DNA of 64,000 nucleotides, taken from positions 19,824-83,823 of the forward strand of contig JAFXBC010000037.1 of assembly GCA_017516825.1 (NCBI GenBank). The letters run 5' to 3'. Of the stretch, positions 49,902-58,479 are shown piece after piece. Position numbers and translations under genes: made by a program. The notes under the pieces were generated by a model. The model saw nothing but the letters and a program-made list of their open reading frames with translations, was not told the origin of the DNA and ran no database searches. The DNA is from Clostridia bacterium. GTDB taxonomy: Bacteria; Bacillota; Clostridia; Oscillospirales; CAG-382. How positions within the stretch are numbered: position 1 is the stretch's first letter; the number at the start of each line of letters is the position of its first letter.

Positions 49902-51656
49902 ATGAAAAAATTCATATTGATCGCGGTTTGTCTTCTGCTGGTTGCCTTACTCACTCTCGGGGTATGTATGTACGCCATCGGGGAGAACAAGGACATCTCC
50001 AAGCCCTACGACATGGGAAGCGAGATCACCGTGACACCTCCCGAGGACACTCCCACGGCACAGGAGCAAATGGAACAAAAATTCTCCGTCTACAACCACG
50101 TGACGGAAGAAAACGGCAAGAAGATCCTCACCCTGTTCTCGGAGGAACAAGCGGAGGAGCAATGGACGAAACGCCAAAGCGGAGAAGACTTCCGTCTCAC
50201 TTACGATGAAATCTTATTCCTCATCAACGATTCCGCAAGGCTTTACGAGACCTACGACGAGATCGTGTTGACCAACTCCTACGCCTACGGAATCTCCGAG
50301 CTTTCGGAATCCTCCTTGACGGGGGAACGGATTGTCAGCAACAAGGGGGATCTGACGGGGCTGACCTATACGGCAGAGAGAAGCGCTTACGAAAAATACA
50401 GCCGGGACGTGACTGCCATTGCTGCTTACCGCGTTGCCATGCTGGATTCCCGTATGCGGAAGGGATACAGAGTATGGCATTGTGCTTCCGGCATATACGC
50501 AGAATCTGTGCATCTGCTTTTTGAAGATGAAGTGAAGAAGCTCGTAGAAGGTTCTTCCGCTTCTCCTACGGGATGCATCTGGACTTTGATTCCCGATGAT
50601 CTGGAATGGGAATCCGAGGAGGCGTACCGCAAAGCCTTGCGGGAGCAGCAGTCGCACGTATACAATATGTGGGGGCCCTGTGAGCATTCACAGGTTGCCT
50701 ATACCTCAATAGTTTTTTCTATGGAGTGTTTCCAAATAGGGTTTATCCAAGTGCCGGAGGTTGAGGACTCCTCTTTTGCGCAAATTGTTGGCATTCGTTG
50801 GGGAGAGCCGGAGCCTTATGAGTCAGGGAGCAGCAGCCCTCATCAAGTGAATTTGAGCGGCCTTCTGTTCCCCGATAAAATGCTCGCTTGGGAGCTTAAG
50901 GGGAGCTATCTGGCATTTGACGAGGAAGAGCCTGCGGATCTTTACCTCTGGCGGAACGGTGGCAAGTATTCTACCCAACTGCAAGCCCTTTCCCCGGAAG
51001 AAAAGGCTTCTTTGCAGAAATGGCTGGGCGATACCGACGGGATCGTCGAACGATACAAGACTGCCGCGGAGTCCTATACCGTAGAAGAAGCGGGAGGCTA
51101 TTTCCTGGAGGTGGAGCTGGGCAACGGGACTTCGTTGCTGTATCCGCCCTTGGCAACCTACAAGGGAGAATACGCTCTCGGTTGCTTTGTGGAGACGAAG
51201 CTGAGATCTTATGACACCTACGAAAACCTTTCCTTCCGCCCCTGCCTCACGCAGGAGTTCGTTCTGGAGCTTAACAGCTTGACTCTGCCGGATTACGAAC
51301 GCTTATTGCCACCCCCACCGGTGGAATCTATGACGGGCGACGTTTTCGTGGCGTGGCAAACGGATACCATACCCTATTTGGTGCTGGGTGAGGACGGGAG
51401 GGGCTGTCTGAAGGGGATCACGGACGATAATCGGGTGCTTCCCGTAAAGTATGCGTTCCCGGACACAGGACGCTTGTACGTGTGGCACGAGGACGAATCC
51501 GGCGAAAAACAGATCCGGCTTGTTTTCAGAGAGTATCGGGACGGCGTATATTGCTATTGCGCCGAGGAATCCCAAGGGTTCGGTGCCTATAACTTCCCTG
51601 ATATGGCGCTCTTTTACGCATACGATCGCTCTTTTTACGCATACGATCGCTCTTAA
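49902..51656 (+). CDS. Membrane-anchored protein family X, paralog 3
   Basis: 584 aa with AAAGGAGG SD. The C-terminus carries a 21-bp tandem duplication (FYAYDRS FYAYDRS, about 51609-51650). Confidence 0.7.
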   Translation: MKKFILIAVCLLLVALLTLGVCMYAIGENKDISKPYDMGSEITVTPPEDTPTAQEQMEQKFSVYNHVTEENGKKILTLFSEEQAEEQWTKRQSGEDFRLTYDEILFLINDSARLYETYDEIVLTNSYAYGISELSESSLTGERIVSNKGDLTGLTYTAERSAYEKYSRDVTAIAAYRVAMLDSRMRKGYRVWHCASGIYAESVHLLFEDEVKKLVEGSSASPTGCIWTLIPDDLEWESEEAYRKALREQQSHVYNMWGPCEHSQVAYTSIVFSMECFQIGFIQVPEVEDSSFAQIVGIRWGEPEPYESGSSSPHQVNLSGLLFPDKMLAWELKGSYLAFDEEEPADLYLWRNGGKYSTQLQALSPEEKASLQKWLGDTDGIVERYKTAAESYTVEEAGGYFLEVELGNGTSLLYPPLATYKGEYALGCFVETKLRSYDTYENLSFRPCLTQEFVLELNSLTLPDYERLLPPPPVESMTGDVFVAWQTDTIPYLVLGEDGRGCLKGITDDNRVLPVKYAFPDTGRLYVWHEDESGEKQIRLVFREYRDGVYCYCAEESQGFGAYNFPDMALFYAYDRSFYAYDRS

Positions 51657-51660
51657 TGAC

Positions 51661-51696
51661 AAAAAGACCTTGCACCCCGCAAGGTCTTTTCGTTTT
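51661..51696 (+). terminator. Intrinsic terminator after paralog 3
   Basis: aagaccttgc-accc-gcaaggtctt followed by TTCGTTTT. Confidence 0.6.
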
Positions 51697-51697
51697 C

Positions 51698-51740
51698 CTT
51701 TCCGAAAACGGCAGTTTTCGGCAATCGGTTTCTTTGGAGG
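51698..51740 (+). repeat. Dispersed palindromic repeat R1 (copy 2)
   Basis: cctttccgaaaacggcagttttcggcaatcggtttctttggag matches the reverse complement of 4271-4313. Confidence 0.7.
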
Positions 51741-51766
51741 GTTAAAGGGAAGGATCCCTTACGTTC

Positions 51767-52510
51767 TCAATACAGCTCGTTTTCCGGGTCAATGTGGGCG
51801 CCGTTTAAGAGCATCTCAAAATGGAGATGGGGGCGTTCCGCCTTTTCCGAAAGGGCGGTGTTCCCCACGTAGCCCAGCACCTGCCCTGTGGCAAGCTGTT
51901 TCCCCGGGGTGATGCCCAGGGCAAGGTTGGCATCCAGATTGGCGTACACCGTTACCAGGCCGTACTCGTGCTTCACCGTGACGGTGACCCCCAAAAGGGG
52001 ATCCTCTTTTACGGATTCCACCACCCCGGGGGCGTAGCAAAGCACCGGATCGCCAAGCTCTGCGGTGATGTCAATGCCTGCGTGGGTGCGGTAGTCCTGC
52101 ATGGTCTGGGAGAACACCAGCTTGTCCAGGGCGCATTCCTTCTGTACCTCGCCGCCCTCCACGGGAAGCACGTAGGAAGGCTCCTCGTTGATCACGGGAG
52201 ACTCCGAAGAGGTGTCCTCGGTAACACCGCTGTTTTCCCCGAACACGGGCTGCTCCTCGCTCTCCTCCGGGGGCAGGGGAATGATCACCTGGGGACGGGA
52301 GTTCTCCGGGGGCAGGATCTCCCCGAAGGAAAACTCCGGGGTGCTGTAGGACGGCAGTTGGTCGGTACTGCGGCTTAAGGCAAAAATGCTTGCGGTGGCC
52401 ACCCCCACGATCAACAGCGCCATGGCCAGATAGAGGTACACGGCGTAGCGGGAAAGGCGGCCGCCGAAGGGGCCGTTTACTTGTTCTTGGGTTTCTTTGG
52501 GATCAAACAT
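51767..52510 (-). CDS. spoIIQ: M23/LytM-family metallopeptidase, SpoIIQ-like (membrane anchored)
   Basis: Start ATG 52510 with AGGAGG SD. TM YLYLAMALLIVGVATASIFAL. Intact HxxxD (HAGIDI) and HxH (HLHFE) motifs. It lies immediately downstream of spoIID, as in C. difficile. Confidence 0.6.
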   Translation of the reverse strand: MFDPKETQEQVNGPFGGRLSRYAVYLYLAMALLIVGVATASIFALSRSTDQLPSYSTPEFSFGEILPPENSRPQVIIPLPPEESEEQPVFGENSGVTEDTSSESPVINEEPSYVLPVEGGEVQKECALDKLVFSQTMQDYRTHAGIDITAELGDPVLCYAPGVVESVKEDPLLGVTVTVKHEYGLVTVYANLDANLALGITPGKQLATGQVLGYVGNTALSEKAERPHLHFEMLLNGAHIDPENELY

Positions 52511-52567
52511 AAAAAACCTCCTGTTTGGTTTCGCGTCCTTAGTTTGCACCAAACGGGAGGTCTTTAT

Positions 52568-53419
52568 TCAAGTTTCAAGGGAGAGCTTCGGAAAGTAAAA
52601 GGCCAGGATCTCCGTGTAGTCCTTTCCCTCACGGGCCAGAATGGAAGCGCCGTTCAGGCTCAACCCAACTCCGTTCCCTCTGCCGTGACAGAGGATATGT
52701 ACCTTTTCCACTCCCAAGGAAAGGGTGAAGCAGGTAGAGGGAAGCCCCAGCAGGCTTTGCACCTGTTCCCCGGTGAGGGAGCCGCTTTCCCACTCCAACA
52801 CCTGTACCCGCCCGAAGCGGTCGTATCCCCAGAACAGATCCTCGGGAGGGATCCGAGAGGGGATCCCCAAAAGGGAAAGCAGCTTTTCTCTTGAAAAGGT
52901 GAAGGCTTCCGTCACCCCCTCCTCCAGGTTTTTGACCCCTTGGAGGTAAGGCACCTCCACCCCGTAAACGCTGAAGGCGGAGGCGGTGTATTTCCCCGCG
53001 CTTTCGTGGAACAAGGCGGCGGCAGGACGGCCTTGGTAGGTGAGCACTTGCCCCGCCGTCTCCGCCGCGGCGGAAACGTTTTCGGGGGAGAACTCCGCCG
53101 TGGCAAAGCCCAGACAGCAAGCGGGATCGTTACATAAAGCGGCATTTTTATGTACGGGGGTATGCTCCTTGCAGTACAGCGCACGGCTGCGGATGGCCAC
53201 GGCGATGGCCTTGCGGGCTTCCGTCTCCGGGGGCAGGGAAAGGGTCTCCATCACCCCGATGACGTAATCCTCCAAGGGCAGGGAAAAGATCTCCCCGCTT
53301 TCTGCATCCAGAACCCCCAGAAAGGGCTCCTCCTCCCGATCCGGGAGCAACGCGGAGGCGCGGGGCAGCAGTACCACGGCGGCGGCCAGAACAAAAAAAC
53401 AAAGCAGATAGTTCTTCAT
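52568..53419 (-). CDS. spoIID: Stage II sporulation protein D (SpoIID/LytB lytic transglycosylase)
   Basis: Signal/TM, then LEDYVIGVM...EARKAIAVAIRSRALY..., LTYQGRPAAALFHESAGKYTASA, typical of the SpoIID domain. Start at ATG 53419 rather than the GTG at 53440. Confidence 0.85.
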   Translation of the reverse strand: MKNYLLCFFVLAAAVVLLPRASALLPDREEEPFLGVLDAESGEIFSLPLEDYVIGVMETLSLPPETEARKAIAVAIRSRALYCKEHTPVHKNAALCNDPACCLGFATAEFSPENVSAAAETAGQVLTYQGRPAAALFHESAGKYTASAFSVYGVEVPYLQGVKNLEEGVTEAFTFSREKLLSLLGIPSRIPPEDLFWGYDRFGRVQVLEWESGSLTGEQVQSLLGLPSTCFTLSLGVEKVHILCHGRGNGVGLSLNGASILAREGKDYTEILAFYFPKLSLET

Positions 53420-53456
53420 GGGGAGGCTCGTCCTTTCCACGTCACTTGTCTGCTTT

Positions 53457-53485
53457 ATTGTATTCCGTTTTGTACCCGTTTATGC
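53457..53485 (-). promoter_or_regulatory. Candidate sigma-E-type promoter upstream of spoIID
   Basis: Minus strand GCATAAA-14 nt-AATACAAT, compared with the B. subtilis sigma-E consensus kmATATT-14-CATACAmT. Confidence 0.35.
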
Positions 53486-54301
53486 TTCCGCCTCCGGAAG
53501 GTCTTCCGCCGCAGGGTGGGTCTCCAGCTCCAGGGAGTAGATGCGGGTGAAAATATAAATGATAAAGGCGATGGACAGCATGGCGTATAGGATCTCCGTC
53601 AAGCCGGTCTCTCCTCGGATAAACTCCCAAAGCAAGGGCACGTTGTAGGAGGACAGCAGGATCACCGCCACGTGGCCGATGATGAAATACCAGGTGGCGC
53701 CTCCCTTGCCGGTGCGGAATTTGGCCTCCTGCAGGAAGAACAGCATGGTGGCGATGATGGCAAGGATACGGTATCCGCCGTGGCTTGCCAAGGGCATGGT
53801 GCTGTGGTCGATAAAATCCCCCAGAATGCGGAAAGCGCAGAACAGCACGGGGAACAGGGACAGGAACAGCCCCAGGGCCTTCTTTTCGCTCAAGGGCATC
53901 CAGGCGGCCAACAGCAGGAAGTACACCGCACAGCCCAGGGCGAACAGCTTCACCAGCAGGGAAACGGTGGGGTTCACGTTGACCAGACGATCCTCCACGG
54001 GGGCAAAATAGGTGTAGTACACCGTTACGATCACCACGGTGAGAATGGCAAAGCCGCATACCGCGGAGCTGAAGGTCACCGAGGGGAGCCCGGGGGGAAG
54101 GGCAGGGGCGAGACGGCGGCCCAGCAGGAAGGCGATGATGGCCCCCGCACCACAGCAAAAGGCCGTGGAAATGCCGAACAATAGCTCACCGGAACGGCTG
54201 TCTCCCACCCAGAACCGTACCAGAACGGGTACCGCCGCCAACAGGATCAGAAACAGCAAGGAAAAATATTTTACACTTTTTGGAAGCTTGGAAACTGCCA
54301 T
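53480..54301 (-). CDS. Hypothetical polytopic membrane protein (~8 TM)
   Basis: 273 aa, hydrophobic throughout, no recognised motif. Confidence 0.6.
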   Translation of the reverse strand: MAVSKLPKSVKYFSLLFLILLAAVPVLVRFWVGDSRSGELLFGISTAFCCGAGAIIAFLLGRRLAPALPPGLPSVTFSSAVCGFAILTVVIVTVYYTYFAPVEDRLVNVNPTVSLLVKLFALGCAVYFLLLAAWMPLSEKKALGLFLSLFPVLFCAFRILGDFIDHSTMPLASHGGYRILAIIATMLFFLQEAKFRTGKGGATWYFIIGHVAVILLSSYNVPLLWEFIRGETGLTEILYAMLSIAFIIYIFTRIYSLELETHPAAEDLPEAEA

Positions 54302-54399
54302 ACGGGATGACCTTCCTTTGAAACCGAGTTAAGGGAGAGAACGTCCTCTCTCGGGGGTATTATAGCAAAGTCCTGTCGGTTTGTAAACCGAAAAGGCGG

Positions 54400-54965
54400 T
54401 TAATTTACAATTCGTTCAAAAATACCCAAGTCGGCGTATGGCTTTGGATGTATGCGTAGGATTGCTTCGCCGACATCAAAAACGGCTATGGCCGTTTTTG
54501 GAACCTTGGGATCGAGGTGAGAGGGGGGGCGTTTCCAATGTCAGCGTGTCATCCTGAGGGAGCCCGAAGGGCGAGTCGAAGTTTTGCGGAGAAGAAAAGG
54601 CGTTTACGCCGTTCGGAGCAAAACCGAGACCTGCGATAGCAGGTTGAGGGATATGAGACGAGTCTGATGAACCTTTCCGAGGGTAAAGAACTGTTTATTG
54701 GTAACAGGCAGAACGGGAAACGGCTGTATCGAAAGAGATTCCCATACCCTCCAAAACTGCAAGCAGTTTTGTCCCTTTCCTCGGGCTAACGCCACTCGTC
54801 AAGGTTCGACGCGGCAGGGGTCTTGCTGTGTGTTCCTTTAGAAAGTACTGTGCGCCCTGCCTTGCTCAGGGTGACAAACGGACACAGCGGCTTCGTTCCG
54901 CGCGAGCCAGCCCAACGGGCTAGGTTGCTCAGAGGTGACAACAGAGGCGGGTTGGGTCTGTATAT
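54400..54965. repeat. Composite non-coding repeat locus F (families S, T, GCTCAGGGTGAC boxes)
   Basis: Blocks shared with 19090-19790; see findings. Confidence 0.65.
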
Positions 54966-54969
54966 CACC

Positions 54970-55140
54970 TCATACCGCCGTGGTGAATTGCAGAACCGGG
55001 GCGTTATCGTTGCGGAAATGGTAGTAGGTGCGTTGCCACAGGTCGGTGAAGGGCTCCGTGGTGATCTCCACCCTCTCCGGGGTGACGGCGTATTCCTTGG
55101 GCGGACGGATCCACGTCATGAGGGTTGCATCAAGTTTCAT
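54970..55140 (-). pseudogene. Truncated DUF1349 (ConA-like) gene, N-terminal ~56 codons only
   Basis: MKLDATLMTWIRPPKEYAVTPERVEITTEPFTDLWQRTYYHFRNDNAPVLQFTTAV* matches the N-terminal pattern of ~190-aa DUF1349 proteins (W.n.P...TDfWq.TyY.f..DNa). The reading frame ends exactly where repeat locus F starts. Confidence 0.55.
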
Positions 55141-55167
55141 GGTAATGATTCCTTTCACGGCAAGCTT

Positions 55168-56367
55168 TCAAAACACGTATTTTTCCATGCGGGCAAAGGC
55201 CTCCTCCACGCGAGAGAAGGGGAGCGCCAGGTTCAGGCGGATGTGGGTGTCTCCCCCGTGCTGTCTGCCGTCCTGCCAGGCAACGCCCACGTCCCAGCCC
55301 ATCTTCAAAAGCTCGTCTAAGGTCTTCCCGTGGGAAGCCATCCATTCCTTGCAATCCATGAACACCATGTAGGTGCCCTGGGGCATGGCGGCGGAAACCC
55401 CTTCAAAGCGGGACGAGATGAACTCCAAAGCGTAGACGGCGTTACGGGTCAGCACCTGCCGCAGCTCCTCCACCCATTCCTCTCCCGCGGGAGTATAGGC
55501 GCCTATCAGGGCGTACATGGAAAGGAGGTTCATGGCGTTGTAATGGGAAAGGGAGGATTCTTTTTCCACCCTGTCCCGCAGTCTCTTATTATAAATAATA
55601 TGGTAAGAACCCACAAGGCCCGCCAGGTTGAAGGTCTTGGAGGGGGCGTAGAGAGCCACCGTCCGCATACGGGCGTCCTCGCTGACGGACTGGGTGGGGA
55701 TATGCTTGTGGCTTGCCAGGATCAGATCCGACCAGATCTCGTCGGACACCACGTAAACGTCGTGCTTGCGAAACAGCTCCATGGCCGTTTCCAGCTCCCA
55801 TCTTTCCCAGACACGCCCCGTGGGGTTGTGGGGAGAGCAGAACACCGCGGCGTGGATATTGTTTTCTATGATCTTTTTCTCCATGTCCGCAAAGTCCATC
55901 CGCCAGACGCCTTGTTCATCCCGTACCAGGGGCGACAGCACTAAGTTGTAGCCGTTGTTCTTCAAAGCGTGGGAAAAGCCCATGTAAACGGGAGCATGCA
56001 CCAGCACGTTGTCCCCCTTGGAGCAGAAGGTGTTCATCGCGGAGATCAGCCCGCCCAGCACCCCGTTTTCGTAGCCGATATGCTCAGGCTTCAGCCCTTC
56101 TACGCCGTTACGGCGGGTCTGCCAATTGATGATGGAGGCAAAATACTCCTCCCTGGGGTCGAAGTACCCGAAGGCGGGATGACGGATCCGCTCCGCCATG
56201 GTCTCGCACACCGAGGGTGCCGTGGGGAAATTCATGTCCGCTACCCACATGGGAATGGGGTCAAAGCCTTCCTCGGGGCTTCCCGGCGCCCAGCCATTCC
56301 CCAGGCCGTCCACCGCCAGGGCGTCCTTCCCCCGTCTGTCTATGATGGATTCAAAATCGTATTTCAT
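55168..56367 (-). CDS. patB: PLP-dependent cystathionine beta-lyase / aminotransferase, PatB/MalY family
   Basis: Start ATG 56367 (MKYDFESIIDRRG...). FCSPHNPTGRVW and SDEIWSDL motifs, and SKTFN (PLP lysine). Confidence 0.85.
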   Translation of the reverse strand: MKYDFESIIDRRGKDALAVDGLGNGWAPGSPEEGFDPIPMWVADMNFPTAPSVCETMAERIRHPAFGYFDPREEYFASIINWQTRRNGVEGLKPEHIGYENGVLGGLISAMNTFCSKGDNVLVHAPVYMGFSHALKNNGYNLVLSPLVRDEQGVWRMDFADMEKKIIENNIHAAVFCSPHNPTGRVWERWELETAMELFRKHDVYVVSDEIWSDLILASHKHIPTQSVSEDARMRTVALYAPSKTFNLAGLVGSYHIIYNKRLRDRVEKESSLSHYNAMNLLSMYALIGAYTPAGEEWVEELRQVLTRNAVYALEFISSRFEGVSAAMPQGTYMVFMDCKEWMASHGKTLDELLKMGWDVGVAWQDGRQHGGDTHIRLNLALPFSRVEEAFARMEKYVF

Positions 56368-56558
56368 CTTTATAACCATTCCTTTCGTAGCCCGTCGGGG
56401 CGGGCTCATGTTTGAAAAAGGATCCCTTTTTCAAACTTTTTGCCTCCCTGCCGCTTTTTTGACAGTATACCACATTCTTTTCCCTTCGTCAATCGTCCAT
56501 TTTCGTTCCTGCGGCATATCCTGTATTGAGTCCCGAAAACTTTTTAGGAGGCATTCTT

Positions 56559-57548
56559 TTGAACAGACAAAATCCTTTTCAGAGAAATACCCGCTGTTGC
56601 TGTAACACGCCCTCCGGCGCGGCGGAGCAGGAAAATTGCAATTGCGGGTGCGGAAGCGAGACCTGCTTCTGCGTCACCTGCCCCAGAGGCCCCCAAGGAC
56701 CGCAAGGAGAGCAAGGCCCCGCAGGGCCGCAAGGGGAACAGGGCATCCAAGGTCCTCAAGGCATTCAAGGCCCCGTTGGTCCCCAGGGCCCCCAAGGGGA
56801 AGCCGGCGCAGTAGGCCCTCAAGGCCCTCAAGGGGAACAGGGCATCCAAGGCCCCGCAGGCCCCCAGGGTGAACAGGGCGAGCAAGGCCCCGCAGGCCCC
56901 CAAGGGGAACAAGGCGAGCAAGGCCCCGCAGGCCCCCAAGGCGAACAGGGCATCCAAGGCCCCGCAGGCCCCCAAGGGGAACAAGGCGAGCAAGGCCCCG
57001 CAGGCCCTCAAGGTGAACAGGGCATCCAAGGCCCTCAAGGCATTCAAGGCCCCGTTGGCCCCCAGGGCCCCCAAGGGGAAGCCGGCCCTGTCGGTCCCCA
57101 AGGACCCGCAGGGGAACCCGGCGGCGCCATCTCCTACGCGGATTTCTACGCCATCATGCCCGACGACAACCCCCTGCCCATTCCTCCCGGTGAGGACGTG
57201 GCCTTCCCCCGAAACGGCGTCATCGCCAACACGGACATCGGCAGAGTGGAGGACTCCGTCTTCCTGCTGTCGGAAGCGGGCACCTATCTGATCCTGTACC
57301 AGGCAAGCGTTACCGAAGCAGGACAGCTGGTGCTGACCCTGAACGACCAAGAGCTGGATTACACCCTCACAGGCCGTTCCGCAGGCACCTCTCCCATGAC
57401 GGGCACCACCCTGATCACCACCACCGAGGACAACTCCGTGCTGACCCTGCGGAACCCCGCAGAAAACGCCACCTCGCTCACTCTGACCCCCTATGCCGGC
57501 GGTAATCTCCCCGCTTCCGCCCATTTGGTCATCCTCCGTCTGGCATAA
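56559..57548 (+). CDS. Collagen-like (GXY)48 protein with BclA/C1q-like C-terminal domain and Cys-rich N-terminus
   Basis: TTG start 56559, 7 nt after AGGAGG (56546-56551). 48 uninterrupted GXY triplets (hand count). The C-terminal ~140 aa resemble the BclA-CTD pattern ([17 protein letters not shown]...LTLRNP...AHLVILRLA). Confidence 0.75.
   Translation: MNRQNPFQRNTRCCCNTPSGAAEQENCNCGCGSETCFCVTCPRGPQGPQGEQGPAGPQGEQGIQGPQGIQGPVGPQGPQGEAGAVGPQGPQGEQGIQGPAGPQGEQGEQGPAGPQGEQGEQGPAGPQGEQGIQGPAGPQGEQGEQGPAGPQGEQGIQGPQGIQGPVGPQGPQGEAGPVGPQGPAGEPGGAISYADFYAIMPDDNPLPIPPGEDVAFPRNGVIANTDIGRVEDSVFLLSEAGTYLILYQASVTEAGQLVLTLNDQELDYTLTGRSAGTSPMTGTTLITTTEDNSVLTLRNPAENATSLTLTPYAGGNLPASAHLVILRLA
56688..57119 (+). 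repeat. Coding GXY triplet repeat (collagen-like region)
   Basis: [21 protein letters not shown]... with higher-order repeats of [12 protein letters not shown]. Confidence 0.85.
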
Positions 57549-57553
57549 AAGAA

Positions 57554-57575
57554 AGCCCCGCTTTGCCGCGGGGCT
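57554..57575. terminator. Hairpin between convergent genes (likely bidirectional terminator)
   Basis: agccccgc-tttgcc-gcggggct, with A-rich sequence before it and only a weak T-run after it. Confidence 0.5.
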
Positions 57576-57581
57576 ACATCC

Positions 57582-58475
57582 TTATTTCAAATATCGATCC
57601 AAGAAATCATACCCCGCCTCCAAGGCATCCGGGGGAGGGCGGTGTCCCTTGCCGTGATGCACCAACAGAAGATGCTCCGGGTGAGCTTCGTAGCCTGCGG
57701 CCTTTTTCATCCGCTCCCCGGAGGAAGCATCGTCGTATTCCCCCGCCAGCAGGCAGAAGGGCTTGGGGGCGCAGGCGGACAGCAACGCGGTGTGATCCAT
57801 GCCCTTTTCCGCCAGAGAGGGGGTCTTTCCGTCCCAATACCAGGGGTCGTCCCAGTTGGATTGCCCCCAGCCGAAGCCGAAATCGCTTGCTAAGATCGCC
57901 TTCACACGGGGATCCAGACAGCCTGCGTAGAAGGCCATCTTCCCGCCCAGGGAATGCCCTGCAATGCCCATGCGGTCAGCATCCACCCGGGGGTCGGAGG
58001 CCAACAGATCCAACAAGCACATGGTGTCGGAGGTCAGCTTCCCCATGCCCGTCAGCTCGGGATGCTCCTGCTTCAGCGCCGCGGCGGCGTCCTTCCAGCG
58101 GGTGAAATCGTCCCGCCCCTTGTCGCTTTGGAGATAGGTCAAATGGTAAGCCTCTCCGCAGAGGGCAATATACCCCCGCTTGACCAGATGCACCATCATT
58201 TCAATCCCCCCAAAGAAGGGCAGCGCCTCCCCCGTTTTGGGGTCAAAGCCCAACATTCCCTCGGGGTGGTAGAAAGGTGTGGCCACGGCGGGCGCGGGGA
58301 AGGTCACGTTTTTGGGGATAGCCATCATCACCCGCTGAAAGGTGCCGTCTGCCAGGGGCTGACGGTATTCCTCCAGGGTGTAATCCGGGAAGTCGTAGGC
58401 GGCGGTAAGCACCGCTTCCCCTGCCGTCTCGCGGACGGCGGGCAGTCCCAAAGCATCCAACCAGTTCCGTTTCAT
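57582..58475 (-). CDS. Alpha/beta hydrolase (esterase; dienelactone hydrolase / CE-like)
   Basis: Start ATG 58475 (MKRNWLD) with AAAGGAA SD. Nucleophile elbow GHSLGG. No signal peptide seen. Confidence 0.7.
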   Translation of the reverse strand: MKRNWLDALGLPAVRETAGEAVLTAAYDFPDYTLEEYRQPLADGTFQRVMMAIPKNVTFPAPAVATPFYHPEGMLGFDPKTGEALPFFGGIEMMVHLVKRGYIALCGEAYHLTYLQSDKGRDDFTRWKDAAAALKQEHPELTGMGKLTSDTMCLLDLLASDPRVDADRMGIAGHSLGGKMAFYAGCLDPRVKAILASDFGFGWGQSNWDDPWYWDGKTPSLAEKGMDHTALLSACAPKPFCLLAGEYDDASSGERMKKAAGYEAHPEHLLLVHHGKGHRPPPDALEAGYDFLDRYLK

Positions 58476-58479
58476 AGGA

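Noticed and set aside
52511-52567. Sigma-F-type promoter in front of the spoIIQ-like gene.
   Set aside because: The 57-nt spacer shows no convincing GCATA / GGnnAnAnT arrangement, so the gene may be read through from spoIID or use a promoter I cannot recognise.
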